This document shows, one piece after another, positions 26,301 to 41,300 of a stretch of DNA of 64,000 bases. The stretch's first letter is position 1, and the number at the start of each line of letters is the position of its first letter. Location of the stretch: assembly GCA_002633005.1 (NCBI GenBank), contig NMRA01000481.1:268715-332714 (forward strand). The letters run 5' to 3'. This DNA is from Phoronis australis. Its lineage: Eukaryota > Animalia > Phoronida. A model generated the notes under the pieces. It made no database searches. It saw only the letters and a program-made list of their open reading frames with translations, and was not told the origin of the DNA. The position numbers and the translations under genes are program-made.

Positions 26301-29300
26301 TTACTGTTATCTCCTTAAAATTATGTTAAACGATATACCTTTTCATACGGTTATGTTTAACCACGTCTTCATCTTATTGTACCAAAATTAACTATTTCAG
26401 GTAGATAAGCCTATATCATTGTAAATATAATTTGAGTTTCTTAAATCGAGTGAATGCGTGAATGAGAGTGCATAAAAGTCTTTCCACTTCCCTTTTCCTC
26501 TACCCCCTTTTACAGTAACCTCCTGTTGATTGTGCGCCCCATGACTGAGTTATTTTGCGAAATACTTATTTTTCTGTATTGTTATTTATATTGTAAGGAT
26601 GTGTAGGTGAGGCCGCCCATATTCACTAATCATTAACAATATGATTTCTGGGTGAGTAAATGTATAACTGAGAAAAAAGGAGAATTGAACTTCAAAAAAT
26701 TATGAAATGGCTAACCAATTTGTAGCAATTGATGAAATGCAAATGTGTGCAGTTTTGCGGTAGATCTGGTTAGAAACTGTCATCGTGGCTTACAACTTCA
26801 TTTTCTTAAATTTTTTCCTATGTATGTTATAGCGCATGCACCAATAAAGCGAGTGAATTATGCCGTTACGCCCAGCGTAAACAGTGTTATGACCATACTC
26901 GATAGACCAATAGCGTTCATAATGTTGCGATCCTACTACCTAGTTGTTGTGCGTGTCTGGCCATGTTCAGATTATTAATTAATGTTCCAGGTGTTAGGAT
27001 TTCTCACCCCTGATGTGTCTCTTGTTCCCCCCTTCGTAATTAGTGCCCATTGAACACCCTGTGAGAGAGTCTGTATAAAGAGTCAATAGGTCCATTGTTA
27101 TCTGACATACCTTGATTGGTTTGATTTTATGGTTTATTTACTTCTTGTCAGCCCTCCTCTCTAGCTGTAGCCGCTGAAACAACAAAAGCTTTCATTGGGT
27201 AAACAGTTGTGATGATCAATAAATATTTTGCTTTTCCACTGAGATCTAGGAGATACTGCTGTGTTCAGATGTTACAAACAGATGCTGAATGTAAGTTGGT
27301 GATCTACTTTCTCTTTTTCTCCTTTTATATCAAAAGTTGACTTAATCTGATCCGAAGATTAGCTTTGTTAAAATGTCACACAGGGAGACACGCTGTTTTC
27401 TCTAATGTTTTGTTCTGACTGCCTTTTGGCTATTTCAAGAAATGACATGTTCTCTCATACCCTGTTTGGTTTGCAAACCAAGCAATGTGTCCAATCTTCT
27501 GGGCAGCGGTAGTAATTATCTCCGCATGGAACTCCTGTATGTTGAGAGCGTAATCCCCAAGATTAAGTGTATGCGGTATGTTCTGCGTTGGTAGTCTTAA
27601 GATTCTTCTGGTGACGGTAAGCGTGTTTTTTGAGACTGAAAATTTAATAGTTTTGCGGGAAATTAGAGATGTTTTTCATTGTTTTGTTGTTATGATGAAA
27701 GGAATTTCGTGCTTGTTAGAATTAGTTCTGTTGGTTGTTGAGCTCAGACTTGTCTCATCCTGCAATGTATTTTCTGTCAAGAGAAGTAAGTTCCTTTGGT
27801 TATTTTTAGACAAGTGAAGTGGAGGTTATTATGGAATGTAATTTAATGGTGTCTTTGTTTATGGAAATAATTATAAGTGTTCTTGTTTCTGTGGATGATG
27901 CAAAATGTTCTTTGTGCCATGTGTCACCGTAAATTTTCATTTTGCAATTTCTCATTGTCTTATATTTTGATATTAGGTTCTCTATTTTTTTTTTGAGGAT
28001 TCATTAACTGCCTTGGAGATTGTAAAAGAAATTGTATTTTTTTCAGTTTTTCCAAAATTTGATGCAGTGTATCATGGGTCATGTGATACTAACTAAAAGA
28101 TATGAATAGTGATTTTGTATATTTTTATTTTGAAACGCGTTCTAAGTGCTTCTGAAGTTCACTCATTTGTCTATAAGATTTTCTTTAAAATATCTGTAAC
28201 ATCTTGCGTGGTTCAGCTGACTTAAAAGTAAAACTATTGGGTGTCAATCAATGACAGAAATATCGATCAGCTTAATCTACTTGTCTTATCACAATTGATT
28301 TTGCAAAATTCAAGTAGTCAATCTTTGCAGACTCCTAAACTGCCTTTGACCATATTGACTTCATCGATTGTGCTTGTCAAATATGGACCAGGCCAGGCTT
28401 TGAGAAGTTTCAAAAAAAACACAATTCTTTTGGAAAGGTAAACATGCTCAGAGGATTTTCGGATAATTAAGTACAACGAATACTGTGTGTAGTGGTTTAA
28501 AGTAATCTCTTAAGAAATTTGCTGAGCTCAAGGATAAGATTTGTTCAGTGTTCAATATTTACTCAGCCTTCAGTGGTTACTTGGTCTTTTTGTCACAGCA
28601 GGTACAGCGATGAGGACTTGATAGCACTTTTGTGCATTTAAAGGGACGTATGTTTTGTGTCCAAAAAACATATTTTGGGATCATTGTTGGATAGGAGACA
28701 CTTCATCAAGTTAGTAGCCAGAGCTATGAAACAACAAAATCTCTTGTGTTTTTGAGATTTTATTATAAATCACCAATTCTCACCATTGTCTGCCCGACAT
28801 TCACTGAAATCGAGGCTGACGACTTAAGCAGTAACGTGCCTGAAATAATTCAGCGTTTATCAGCTGGGATTTAGCTCCACTAGCGAAGCGTTAGGCTATG
28901 ATCGAGGTGGTTTCAGATTCCATTTTTGCGCCGAGTCTGATCTTAGAAAAGCACTTTCTCACCTATAATTCCCCTTTAAGTCTGTGCGGCCACTGGGTAA
29001 TTTTATCAAAACCCATTTTAATTCAAACAAAGAATGAAAATGTGATGATGTTGCTTTGCAGGAGCACATGAGACAGTGAAGAAACTTAAGGTATATTTAA
29101 CACTAGAATGTGTAGTTTTCAAGGTGAACTAGACATACACTTTGATTACTCTGCCAAACTTGGATAAACTTTTTGTCAAGACTGTTCGTCAATTAAGTCG
29201 TTCTTTTGTCACAATAAAGTAGCGTGTGTATCGAAATTTTATCAGAATTTAATTCGACTTTGTTTACGAATGGACTTACTCAGTAAGTTGTTCGAAAAAG

Positions 29301-32300
29301 TGCATGGAAGAACGCCTGTCGGGATTTAGTCAGATTTGTAAGACTCAAGTCGATAAGAAATGAAGATGTAGTCGTGGTTTAACGCACTGAAGCTTTGTCA
29401 AAATTTTAACGTAAAAACACAACGGTCATTTGCCAATTACTAATGGCGGTTATCCTTTTACCAAAGTATCTCTACGTTCATAATTTAGTTACATAATAAT
29501 TACAACATGTACAAAAATTGTAGATGCAAAATTTTGTTATCGTTGATATCACAAGTAGCCAGTATTGTTTAATCCTTGGTATTCCATCTAACTTCCCTAT
29601 TGGTTGCTTTCAATTCACCTTTGAAAGTTGTTTTGCTTGGCATTTGTATCACAAGGTCCACGTTGCTGTTGCTGAGTTGATTCTGGTTAGCCCCTGGGCA
29701 TTTTAATTTAGCAACTCAAGAATCGGGGGGGGGGGGGGGNNNNNNNNNNNNNNNNNNNNNNNNNNNNNNNNNNNNNNNNNNNNNNNNNNNNNNNNNNNNN
29801 NNNNNNNNNNNNNNNNNNNNNNNNNNNNNNNNGGGGGGGGTTGGTATACAAGCGAATGTGAATGTTAAGGTATGAAAGTTAAGTAAGGGGCACTTACCTA
29901 CTTACCTAAAGTGGGCGTCGACCCAAACGGATACAAAAAGGTGGCTAAAAAGGAAATAACTGCTGTGATCTATATGAATGGGAAGATCCATGCATTGTTA
30001 AGTGTAACAGTGTGCCTTCTAAATTTTTGACACCTCAATGACTTTTTAATATCAGAAGTGTTCTGGGTTACTCATGAAGGTGAGCGGCACCACCTTGTCA
30101 TGCATTTAATTAATCAGATTGACCTACTTGTCTGTCGTCACGGATATTGTATCCGTATCCGTTGCATTGAGGTCAGTGGCTTTTTTCTCATTTTCTGACA
30201 TTTCTCTTGATTGGGAAATGCCGAAAACAGTGACATTACCAATTTATTCCTTGATTGTAATCTGCATTAGGTAAACTGCGATTGCTAAAAATGAAAATTT
30301 CTGTCAAACGATTACTAGGTTTTGAAAAGTAAGCCTGAATGGTCATACATGAGATGGTGTGTTACAATTTCTGATCTGCTGGTCACAGCGAGTTATGGAG
30401 TTTATGAAAAGCAGTTGTTATTATCAGCTTTATTATGTTACTAGATGTTTTGAGTAAGAGCTTTGTCTTGAGACTGTGAATGGTTCTTTAGTATTCAGGA
30501 TCTGAAAATTATGTTGTCATTATTCCATGCTTGAGTGTACTTAATTAAGTCAAAACGTTTATCAATAATGTATTATTGACATCTTGGGTCTTCTTCGATG
30601 ATAGATGATAGATTCAAGGTCTTCAAAGCATTTCCTTCCAAACCCTTGAATAGTTAATGGTGGGCATCTGATAATTGGTCCAGGTTATAATTATTTGATA
30701 CGAAAAGTTGTAATTCAAAACTTGTAGACAAAAATCACTCAAAATGTGGGGAGAAAATTTTCTTTCAGGAGTCTTCAATAATAATTTTCTTTTCATAATT
30801 ACGTTGTTATTGTGATGGAAGCTTAGGTTGTGCATTGGAATCCTTTGTCATAGACTTTTATTGTATGTGCTGTGTATCCATGTTTCTGTTAGAATCATTA
30901 CTGTTTTGTGGTGCATTTCTGTAAAACTCTTCGGTAAAATCTCATTTTCGGACAAAAATGATTGCCAAAATTAACTGCTTTTTCTCATTTTACGAAGGCT
31001 TGTAACGTTCCCCGTCACAGTTGTGAATGGCCGCAATTTCTCGAAACATTGTCCGGGGGTAGGTGTGGTACAGAATTTTAATTTAATACCTCTTTGGTGC
31101 TACATGTCATGTGTAGTAAAAAAATAAAATTTCACTTTTATATCGTCATTGGTGAGATTTTGCTGTACTTCCTGTTTCCGTTCTTTAAGGAAGCATGTCC
31201 ATGGGAATGACCAAAAAGTCACGTTTTCAAATCACGATTCTTGTGCTCGTTTCACTTTAAAGACCATAATTGTGCTGTTTTGTATGGAGTATAAACAAAG
31301 TCTTACATCAACAATTAGACTGATTGTAAGTCTCCATTTAAACTCTGTAAAAATGTCCTTAAGTTTTTGTGAAACAAGTTTCTGTTTTTCTCCACTTGTT
31401 TCTTACAAAAATAATTGTAAAAATTGTCTTTTTTCCATTTTCTGAAGCAAATTGCTTTTCTACAAGTATTGGAAATCATACTTAATGTTTATGACCTCAA
31501 CACTGTCCAAACCGTGCAAATAATAGACTAAATTTGTCTTTTATTCTTCATTTTTTTTTTTGAAGAAATTTGACAAAATAGAATTTTCACTTGTCGTCCA
31601 TATTGTGTGCTAAATAAGTGATGAATTACCAAAGTTCAACTACAACTTTGGAAAAATTAAAAGTCATATTCCTGACAAGTTCATTTTTTGTGAAACATTT
31701 ATGGATTCGAGTTTTATGCGGGTTATCGCGCATTTCTATGGGAATAGACAGCAAGCTACAAATGATTCATAAAGTAATTACTGTTCTTGTATACCCGATC
31801 AAGCGTGCGGCTCAATTCACCTCTCTGTTGGTATTTGCACAGTGTCTTTTGTGCTGTCGCAGAATAGTTCTAATTGTTGCCAAAAGGTTACACGTGGAGC
31901 CGTGTGATCCCTAGGATGCTGCGTAATTGGTCGCATCATGGTTTAATTAAGACCCGTGTTCACTCTAGCCAAGCGTGAGGTCCTTCCTGTTGAAAAAAGT
32001 CTGTGCTTCCTGCTTTCGCAACGGACAATAGGTTCAGGTGTTCACCTCAAGGTGTTTTCGGCTCAGTTTCATGTGCAGGTATGAAAGTGGTAGACTACGT
32101 TCAGACTACGTTTGTGTCGTTGATGTAAGCCAGTGTATTGTTGATGCTGTATGCTGCAAAGTCTCACCATTTAACTGCTGACAAAATTGGCTGCCAAAAT
32201 CGGCCTTTCCTCAATTTTCAAAAAAATTTTAATGTTTTTGCGGATGTTCACAATTTCCTAAGACATTGGTTAATAACAATTTAAAGCTGTTAAGTGGTAA

Positions 32301-35300
32301 AGCATTTATGAGGTGCTACTTTTTTGTGAAAAAAGTGAAAAATTTGAAGCTAAATTTCACATGTTCCACATATCGTGTCCGAAATTCAAGAGACTTGACC
32401 GTTGTATGTTTTTACTACCGTTATTACCTGTTGTAACCTTTGATTGTAGTTTGAAGGCTGTGATAGTTTAAAGCAGTGACGTTCAGTTTTTGCTTTGGTG
32501 CTGTAAAGTTGTATCATACGCTGTGACCTGATTCTGAAGATACACTTAGGAGTTTGTTGTCGCCAAAGTGACGACAATAACAGCATTTTCCACACGTTCT
32601 GCTCTTTTTGAGTTTGTGTCCACATCTGACATTTTATTGTTGACGACTTGAATCAGAACCGTGTGTTTTTACTACGTTTCGTACAGACATTTTGTGATGA
32701 TTTTGTTTCAATGTTTATTTCAGTGGTTGTTTTTGCCTGATCGTGGCCCCTGTAGGTTTGAGCTGATGAAGGTCAAATGCGTGTACTGAAATCACTCTTT
32801 TCCGAGTGCGTATTCTAATTATGTTGTGAAATCAAGTGAATGATACCTTTGCTCGATTTTTCAGAAACTTGCATGCAAAATATTTGATGAAAGCAAATGA
32901 GCTCACACACTGTTTAATATTGATTCTACCTTCCAGGAAATGTTGAATGAAAAAATGAGGAAGTATTCTGTAAAAAAATGTGTTATTGACGTTAGACGAC
33001 TGTTGTGCCTGGGTATTAAATTTTGAAGTGGGTACTGCACTGCTGGTGAGGTAATGGATCCAGTGATTCTTGAAGCATGATCCGAAACCTATGGCCAGTA
33101 TTCGTCTATTACGACCCCTTGTGGCAATAAAAATGTCTCGACTGCTGTACCTATTCATTAGGTTGCTCGTGGTTACATTTTGTTGTGGGCAGCTGGGAAA
33201 TTAGGGTACCCACCCATTTCATGAGTTGACTCGAAAAAAGGGATGTACGTTAAAGAAGAGTCGGTAAAAACATCACCCTTTTGTGGAGTTCTGTTCTGGC
33301 AACATCACCCTTTGTAGAGACGCAGTCTTTAAGCCTGACCTGTCATTGAGTTTTGAGCTCAGGTAGTGAACCTTTTTATAGGAATAAACTTAAACTGGAA
33401 AGTCACCATTTTGTTGGTAATTTTTAAAAAATGCATAAATTTCAGATCACCCGTCTGAGCTGTACCTCCCATATATAGTAGCTCCCTCCCCCTGGATTCA
33501 AGTAATTTCCTCAATTTGTACTTTAAGTGGAGCATGATAAATTTATCTTAATTAATAGATGAAATGCAAACTGATTCGTGTAATTTTTGCTCAGGATAGG
33601 ACTTTCAGCCTGCCATTTATAGAGAGTAACATAGGTATAAATATTTCAAAACTTAATTTGGACGTCATAATAAATTGAAGAAAACAAACTAGAACGTCAG
33701 GGTTTTATGGTATTTTTACTCAGATTTCTACTCCCTAAAACTGAGTTGTATTTTTCTTTTTTCCTCTAAAAAATTGAGGGGGAAAATGTGAACCATGAGT
33801 GTATCTGTACAGAGCCCTGATTAGTCAGCAACACCTGTATAACTTCATGTTGCCAGACAGTAGAATATGGATCAAGCCCATATGTTGAGTCACAGCACTC
33901 ATTGCTATTTTAATCTCCCCCAGGAATGTTGTTCACTTATTGGATAATAACTGTGCATTGTTCATTACAACCTTTGCCTTTGTCTATCTATTTGTTTTGG
34001 TGGTTAAACAATGCCAGGATGTTTGGAGTTGATGGGTGTTTAACAGTACTTGTCATCTGGTGAAGGTATGATTGTATTCTTACTCTTGCTGTTTTGGACA
34101 CGTCGCTCTGTTGCAGTCCATGTGACGAATCCTACACTAACATTTGGGGTTTTATTACCCCAACACCTAGGACTGTGATCAACCCGTCATAATCCTTTCG
34201 TAGTTAATGCTCGTGGCTTAGCTGCGATGCTGAAGAAAATTTAATCTCTTATAATGCTTCGATTTTAAAAATTCAAAGACTGCTAATATTTACTTTTCAA
34301 TTTTAAAACAGTCGTGTTGATCTTTTGTCTTGCTTATTGTTCGGTTTTTGACTTTGAAACTCATAGGGGGGGGGCTTTTCATACTAACGTCGTTGCATCG
34401 ATGTTTTGGGGTGTTGTGGTCAGTATGAATGGTTAATTTCGGTCATGTTGCAAAATGAATGGTCAACTTCGGTCCTATCCCGAAGTTATCGTCAGGGGCC
34501 ACTGTTATTGTCAACAGTTACTGGATAGGATCATCGCTAATAGTTATGTTATGTCGCTATTCAGATTAAAAATAAGTTTACCGTATGTCAATTAGCTCAG
34601 TAAATGTTCTGAAACTGCCACATTAAAAAAACCTTAGCATGCAGTGATACCTTGCTATTGTTTTGATGACAACAGTGTCACCTATGGTTTACTTCGAAGT
34701 CCATTAACAACCGAAGCCAGTATGAACGGTTTAGTTAACTTCACAGTTTACGTTGACGCTCCGCTCAGACCGGAGTTAAGTCAGTATGAAAAGGCCTAAA
34801 GACCAAGCAGGTGTGTTGGTTTACGACTGCAATTATCTCATCCAGCACCCTCAGCCAAGCCTATGAATAACAAGTAGCTCCCTTCAATTGGTGATGGCGC
34901 CATTAAGCCTGTGATGTGCCAATTTTAAGGACTTCGCTGGATATTCTGGGGTAAACCGTGCGCGTTTTCTTGTTCAATTGCGTGCAAATCTTTTTAACGT
35001 AAGATTTGTCTAATGTACCGTTAGTTCACCTGCAGTACAGGTGACTATGCTTCGATGATGGTTTGGAACCAGGGGATGGGATAGGTGTTGATGAGAGGGA
35101 TTTTTCCCTTGCGACCAAGAACTTCTCTTCTAGTGGTGGGCGAGGACCCTGAGTAAGCTGGCAAAAGTGCAAGATCAGGCAAGTCTTCTTGAGAGATTGC
35201 CATGCATTATAGGCGAAGCATTGTGATCACACTAACTTTATTCATTAGGTTCTTGTATTCACCGAACTCTTTATGTTTAAACTTTGGCCCTGCACTTTCA

Positions 35301-38300
35301 TACACCTGATGGCTTATTAAGTTTAGCATGACACATCATGCTGGCGTTAATTTATTAGACTGACAATGACTCATGTCAGATGTTTGAATCTATCGTTTTT
35401 ACTAACTTGTTTCTACTCTACTAATGTAGACTAATATACTGGAAAGGAGTTGATATCAGCCGTAAATAGCTACACAAGAGTTAATGACACTCAACTTTAA
35501 AAGTGGATTTCTGAAGTGCTCAACATATTTTTAGCTGATCTATGTTATAGGTCACCACCGCCAGCTGTGCATCACCTGACATAGTTAACTGTTTTATTTA
35601 GGCGGCATTTTTAGCAGCACAATGAACGGTTTGCCATAGGGTAGATACTTCAAGGCAAGTATTGATGATAATGCTGTTTTATGAGCTTTACTTTGATATG
35701 GATGGTCATGGAATTTTTATACTGTACTTGTAGATAGTCTGTTGCTTACCATATGTATCCAGACTAATGCCTGGGGAGTTAATGAAGCCACTGTCCTCTG
35801 GTGTCAAAAACAAAAACTTTCTTCGTAGGCTTGTCTATTCTCCCAAAGCAAGGCTATTGCGTTCTTATTCTGTTTGAATTAAAATTTGTTAGGATAAAGT
35901 GCCAGAAATTCCATCGATGTCCAGGCAGTTAATATTTTAACTGAAACTGCTCAGTTGCTTATCAAGTGAAGAACACTATTTATATTTACCAGTCATATTT
36001 ACCTTTTTGCTAATTTCTTGTTACCAGGATTGCTGATACAAATTTGCCTGCGCTTCAGTTATGATTTACATTAATAATTGGGAACGAGATGGTGACTAGT
36101 ACATTTGCATACGAAAAAGCTTGATACGCGTTTTGCATTGTAGGTTAAAACCTTAGGAAAAGTGTGATATTGTGGTATTTCATGACGGGCCTTATTGAGC
36201 ACAACTTGCATTACCTCAACACTGTGGCGTTAGTTGGCACACCTATGCCATGTCCGTTTAGTTAAATCTATGTCTATACAGTCTCATACACTCCATCGTC
36301 TTGTTCCTGGATCATCCCGAGCCGGGATTTTGCCTGGCTGGATAGAACATATAATATTCACCTGTATTCAATATAAATTATGGAGAACTCTGAAGCAGTT
36401 TGTTACCTAACCACATCTTCAAGGTATGCCTGAGTGACCGAATTCAGAAGAAGTCCATTATCCAGTTAAGGGGTGGGTTAATCAGGTGCTGGGATTTTGC
36501 ATTACATTAAAATTTGCCTGGTTAATTAACAGCAGCTGCTCTGTGATGATCCTGTTCATGCCTTACCTTTGTGTACACCAAGGTATATCATGTCTCAGAA
36601 CAGGTAATGGGATAGGTTAGTTATGCTCTATCACCTGGTGTCTAAAGCCTGCAGGTAAAATTGTCTTGATTTTATACTTTGGGGGAAAAGTCATGTTATT
36701 GTACTAAAAGCGAATAAACATTGGTCTTTAAGAAACAGCCGTGTTTTGGATTAGCTCACCTTGACTTCTAACTTTGTAAAAGATGTTTATATTTGTTACT
36801 GTAAGTGGTGTTGAACAAAACACTGGTTCCTGCCGATTGATTATGGCTTCCTTAAAAACACTACTAGAAGTCCGTGTTTCATTCAAGAGCACGTACATTT
36901 TCTTTAAGATTAGTAATTTTTATCTTTTAGAATTTTACAACCAAAAACTGTGGTATACAACTAACTCTTCATGCTAACATTATATTGCTTATCAGTTCAT
37001 TATCTTCGTAAAGGCGCTCTAGTCAAAAATGTGGACTAACAGTTAAGGCATCAGTCTGTAATTAACAAGATACTGTTTATTAAGAAGTCTTGTACTGCAA
37101 TCACAGGTGGATCCAGTTACCTGCAGTATTTGGGTTTCCATCTAAATCATTCCTGGGGTTTCGTCTGCTCATTTTATATGCAGAAATGAGGGCTAAGTTT
37201 ATGGAAAAGATGTTCGTCATTTGTCCAAACATCTGAGTTGTGTTGATTTTCTCATAGCTTTATTTTACAATTGGTTCCTTTCTATTGGTCGAGATTTTTT
37301 TCCCATCACCTTGGTCCTACTAAGCTGGAACTTTTTTCCACCATTCTTTAGTAAAACGAGTAGTTTATTTACAAGTGTTCCAGGCTCTGTTGTACGACTT
37401 TCTTGTCGGTGTCGTTCTTAGCCAGTCTCATGTCATCAAATTTTCAGATTCTCCACGAAATGACAAGCAATTAGACACAGTGATTAGATTATGTGGTTAT
37501 GATGGATAGGCAATCAGATCACTTCTGTCGTAGCTGAAGAGGCGACTTGGACGTAGGTCATTACGGTATAAAGTAGTGGACTGTGGTCAGTCAGCCATAG
37601 CATGCTGTTGGAGACTGAAGGACATCGACGTGGCATGGAGTCCGTGAGCTCTAGATCCAAACCATTACTTCTGTCTCCTCACACGTAAGTCTGAACAATT
37701 CTCGACAACATTTGTGGCGAAATACTTATTTTTCGGTGTTTCGCAAATTTGGTTAAGAATGTTGTCAGGTCCAATACTGAAATTGAAACCTGAAATGTCC
37801 ATGTTTAGGTATGGCAGCTAAGATTCTGTGTATTAAGTGTAGCAGTAATGGGATTGGGCCCTGGTTTTCGGTGCCTGTACTGTGCCGAATAACGGAGTCG
37901 GCTCGCAATTGTATCAAAACCAAACTTACCCGTTGCCAAAGTCAATGTTTTGGGCTTCATTTTCAATTTCAGTCAACTATGATGTGAAACAAAGCCAGCG
38001 TGAAGCCGAACTCCAGTTCACAAATGGTCAAGTTAATTAACCCTGAGTCCCTGTCGACTTTCTGTAAGGGTGGGCATCCTAATTTCCCAGGGCTCACCCC
38101 ATCAAAATCTCTTGTCCAGTCCCACCTCTGGGGTTATAGGACAAAACATCCGAACTTCACTTTACTTTGTCTTGGTATTGCTATCCAAAGAGTATCGATA
38201 TTAAATTGACTGAATATATGTAGGCATCGTACCGATTTTCAAATACTGGTGCCCATTCGTTAGTTGTTGTCTTTATGACTTTTTGTATCCTAGACTTGTT

Positions 38301-41300
38301 TGATAGTTATTGCGTTGCTGTGGATGGCGATCGGATTTTATTACAGTATTACTACATTTTTTCTCACAAAAACAATCTTCAAAATTTTCCCATTTTTCGA
38401 ACACTGTTTACCTGGCTGCAAATAATGGTAGCTTTTATTACCAAATATTTTTTATTCTGTCTGAAATTTTATTATTCAATGTTTTTGTAGATAATTCTGA
38501 GAAAATAAAAGTTCAATACCTTGCCAGATTGTGTGCTACTGTCTACTCTGGGTCATAAGTGCGTGTGATGTTGGTCTGTGAAAGCCTGTCTGTTGGTCAT
38601 AAATGAGAGTGATGTTGGTCTGTGAAGCGAGTGTGACGTTGGTCTGTGAAAGTCTTTTGGTGGTGAAGTTGGGCTTATTGCAACTGTATAAAGTTGATGA
38701 AAGTACAATGGAAACCAGAGAAAATTCGGTTGTTAATATGTTTACAAAGATATCAGATTTTTTTCAAAGTGGCAATAAATCCACATTCCATCTGAAAAAA
38801 TGAGTGAATTTTGATATAGATCACTTACTATAAAATTGGTCTCAATTTGCTTTTTACTCAAATGGGAAACGATTTTTGGTCTTGCAAAGTGCATGGTGAC
38901 AGTTCGTTATTCCTTGAGACAGTAAATAAAATGACACGCTGTTACAAGTCAGCTTATAAAGCCTTGTCTCGAGCAATAACCAATTGTCAGGTCTTTCCAG
39001 TACCAGGAACTGCACCTTAATTTTGGCCAAGTAAAAACTACGGTCTGATTTCATTATGGTGTGTGGTCTAAAACATTTTTTGTGATGGAAGGTATGTTTG
39101 TAGCCACTAATGTTGAGACCAACGGACCAACTCCCCTGGGTACGGTTCCATAAAATTTAAACACAGGCTAGCAAGGATATGTCATTATCAGACCAGATGT
39201 TGCTTTTGTTGAACAGTGCACTTGAAGTCTTGAAATTGTCAAACTTATCCAGCGAGTAAGTTTCAAGTTTTATGCAGCCCAAACCTGCAGTATTCATGCA
39301 GCGTTTTGCATCAGAAACTTATTCTGTCTTGTGTAATTTCTAAATGAAATCAGTTTTGGTTTGGTGATGGAATGGCTATTAATTTCTTTAGATTACTGGA
39401 CAAGCTGTTGGTGGTTTGTCCCAATGTTGACTATTGTGAGGAAGTGCTCCCCCGGTCCGAGCTGGAGACCCACCTTAAACACAGGTGAGTGGACATTTAA
39501 TGACGCGATTGCTGTTGGTGGTGGGGTCCATTTTATGAAAAGTGACTGAAAACTTAAGTCAGTAATTTGGTTGTATGCTCCGCACAACAGTTTCTGAAAA
39601 ACGATTAAATCTCACTTGAACAAAAGTGTAGTCTCTGAAAACATACGCCTACTTGTCCGCGAGTTACGGAGATAATTTCTATAAATTATGCTGTACTGTG
39701 ATGCTCTCATATTTACTTAGCTAAACACTTTTTCATCAATTGTGGTGTGGGAGCTGAGGACCAAATCTCTATATTAAGTCATTCCTTGAAATGGACCCGG
39801 GGGGGGGGTTCTGTTCAGGCCTTTATGCAGCGTAGGTCCTGGACGCCCTAGCACTAATATGGACGCTCTGACAGGGACGCCCAATGTATCATTTGGACAC
39901 CCACTGTCAATAAGAACCGTTGAAGTTTGGACACACACATTGTAATGATTACAAGGAAGCCTCTGAAGGCTCAGTGGGGCTCTTTTTTACAAAGCAGGAA
40001 GAAATATACAATGTATATACAAAGTATATACAATGTAGCTATGCTCACACTTGGTTGATAGCATTGTAAAAGTCTTGGTCTACACCATTTTTTTATTAAA
40101 ATGCTCACTACAGAAGGCTGTTTTGTAAACTTAAAAGTAAAAGCCTTGGTCTATGCATTTTTTGTAAAAAATCTGTGTGTTTGGGGGGATTGCTGGGGGT
40201 GGGGGGTTACGCGTCGGAATTATGGACGCCCTGGAATATTGGGAACCCCATTTTGGACACCCTATCTTCGAAATCCTGGATAAAGGCCTGGTTCTGTTTC
40301 TTGAAGTTAGTTGGCAAAAGTTGATGTTTTGGCTTTGGCTTTTCGTCTGGTCTGAGTACTCTGCGACCAGTGCCAGTTGAAGACTAAGATTTTCTCAGTC
40401 TCTATTTTTTGTGGAGAAATTTGACAAAGTAGAATTTCCCTTGTCCGCCATATTGTCTGCTGAATAAGTGAGGAATTGCCTTCTGAAGACTTATTTTTAG
40501 CCGGGGTCAATATGAGCGAAAATATCCGTATCAGAAAATATCAAGAGCTAAATCTATCTATATTTCGTATTGATATGCAGCATTAATGTTAGGTGCTGTA
40601 GAATACATTGTACTTGACACATGCAGAAAATATTACAGATAGGATATTCTAATTATGTGCACTGGTGTGGGCCTATATAAAGCTGTAGTTGTATACCTGG
40701 CCTGACGAGAACTGGCCGGGTTTTTAATTTCTTTTCATTTAATATTTAGCCTTGAATGATAACAGAATCTTTATTTGGTAAATGACTATAGTTGTTCTCG
40801 TTCACGTTCTGGTTACATTTTTGTCTATGTGCTGGATTACGTTTTTGAATTTCTGGGGAAACTTTGAATTTTCTTGAAAAATTTGTTGTTCTTCCCATTA
40901 TGCATGGTGCTATGTGTCCCTACTGACTTCAGTTTTGGACATGAACTGTCAAACTGCTTACAGTACACATGCATTAGGTCAATCTGACATTAGTTAAGAA
41001 AAGATATATTCAGCTCTTTGAAAATTGTCACAGTCTTGTGATCTTTGTGCAAAGTGAAAGGTGGCCATTCAATGAAGTGTCATGGGGGTTAAACAGAAGG
41101 GCAGTCATAAAACCTTCTTAATGCCAGATTATCTGTTCTTGTGGTATAAAATCATACATTTTACTCTCATATAATTACACACATTCACATGTAGATGTAC
41201 TACATATATATATTATATTCATCAGGTGCTGCGGTGCTGTTGTCAAATGTGTGCACGCTCCATTCGGATGTACGTTCCAAGGTCCGCGCAGTGCACTGCA

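Noticed and set aside
32755-32800. CTGATGA...GAAA hammerhead-like core
   Set aside because: I could not form convincing stems I-III.
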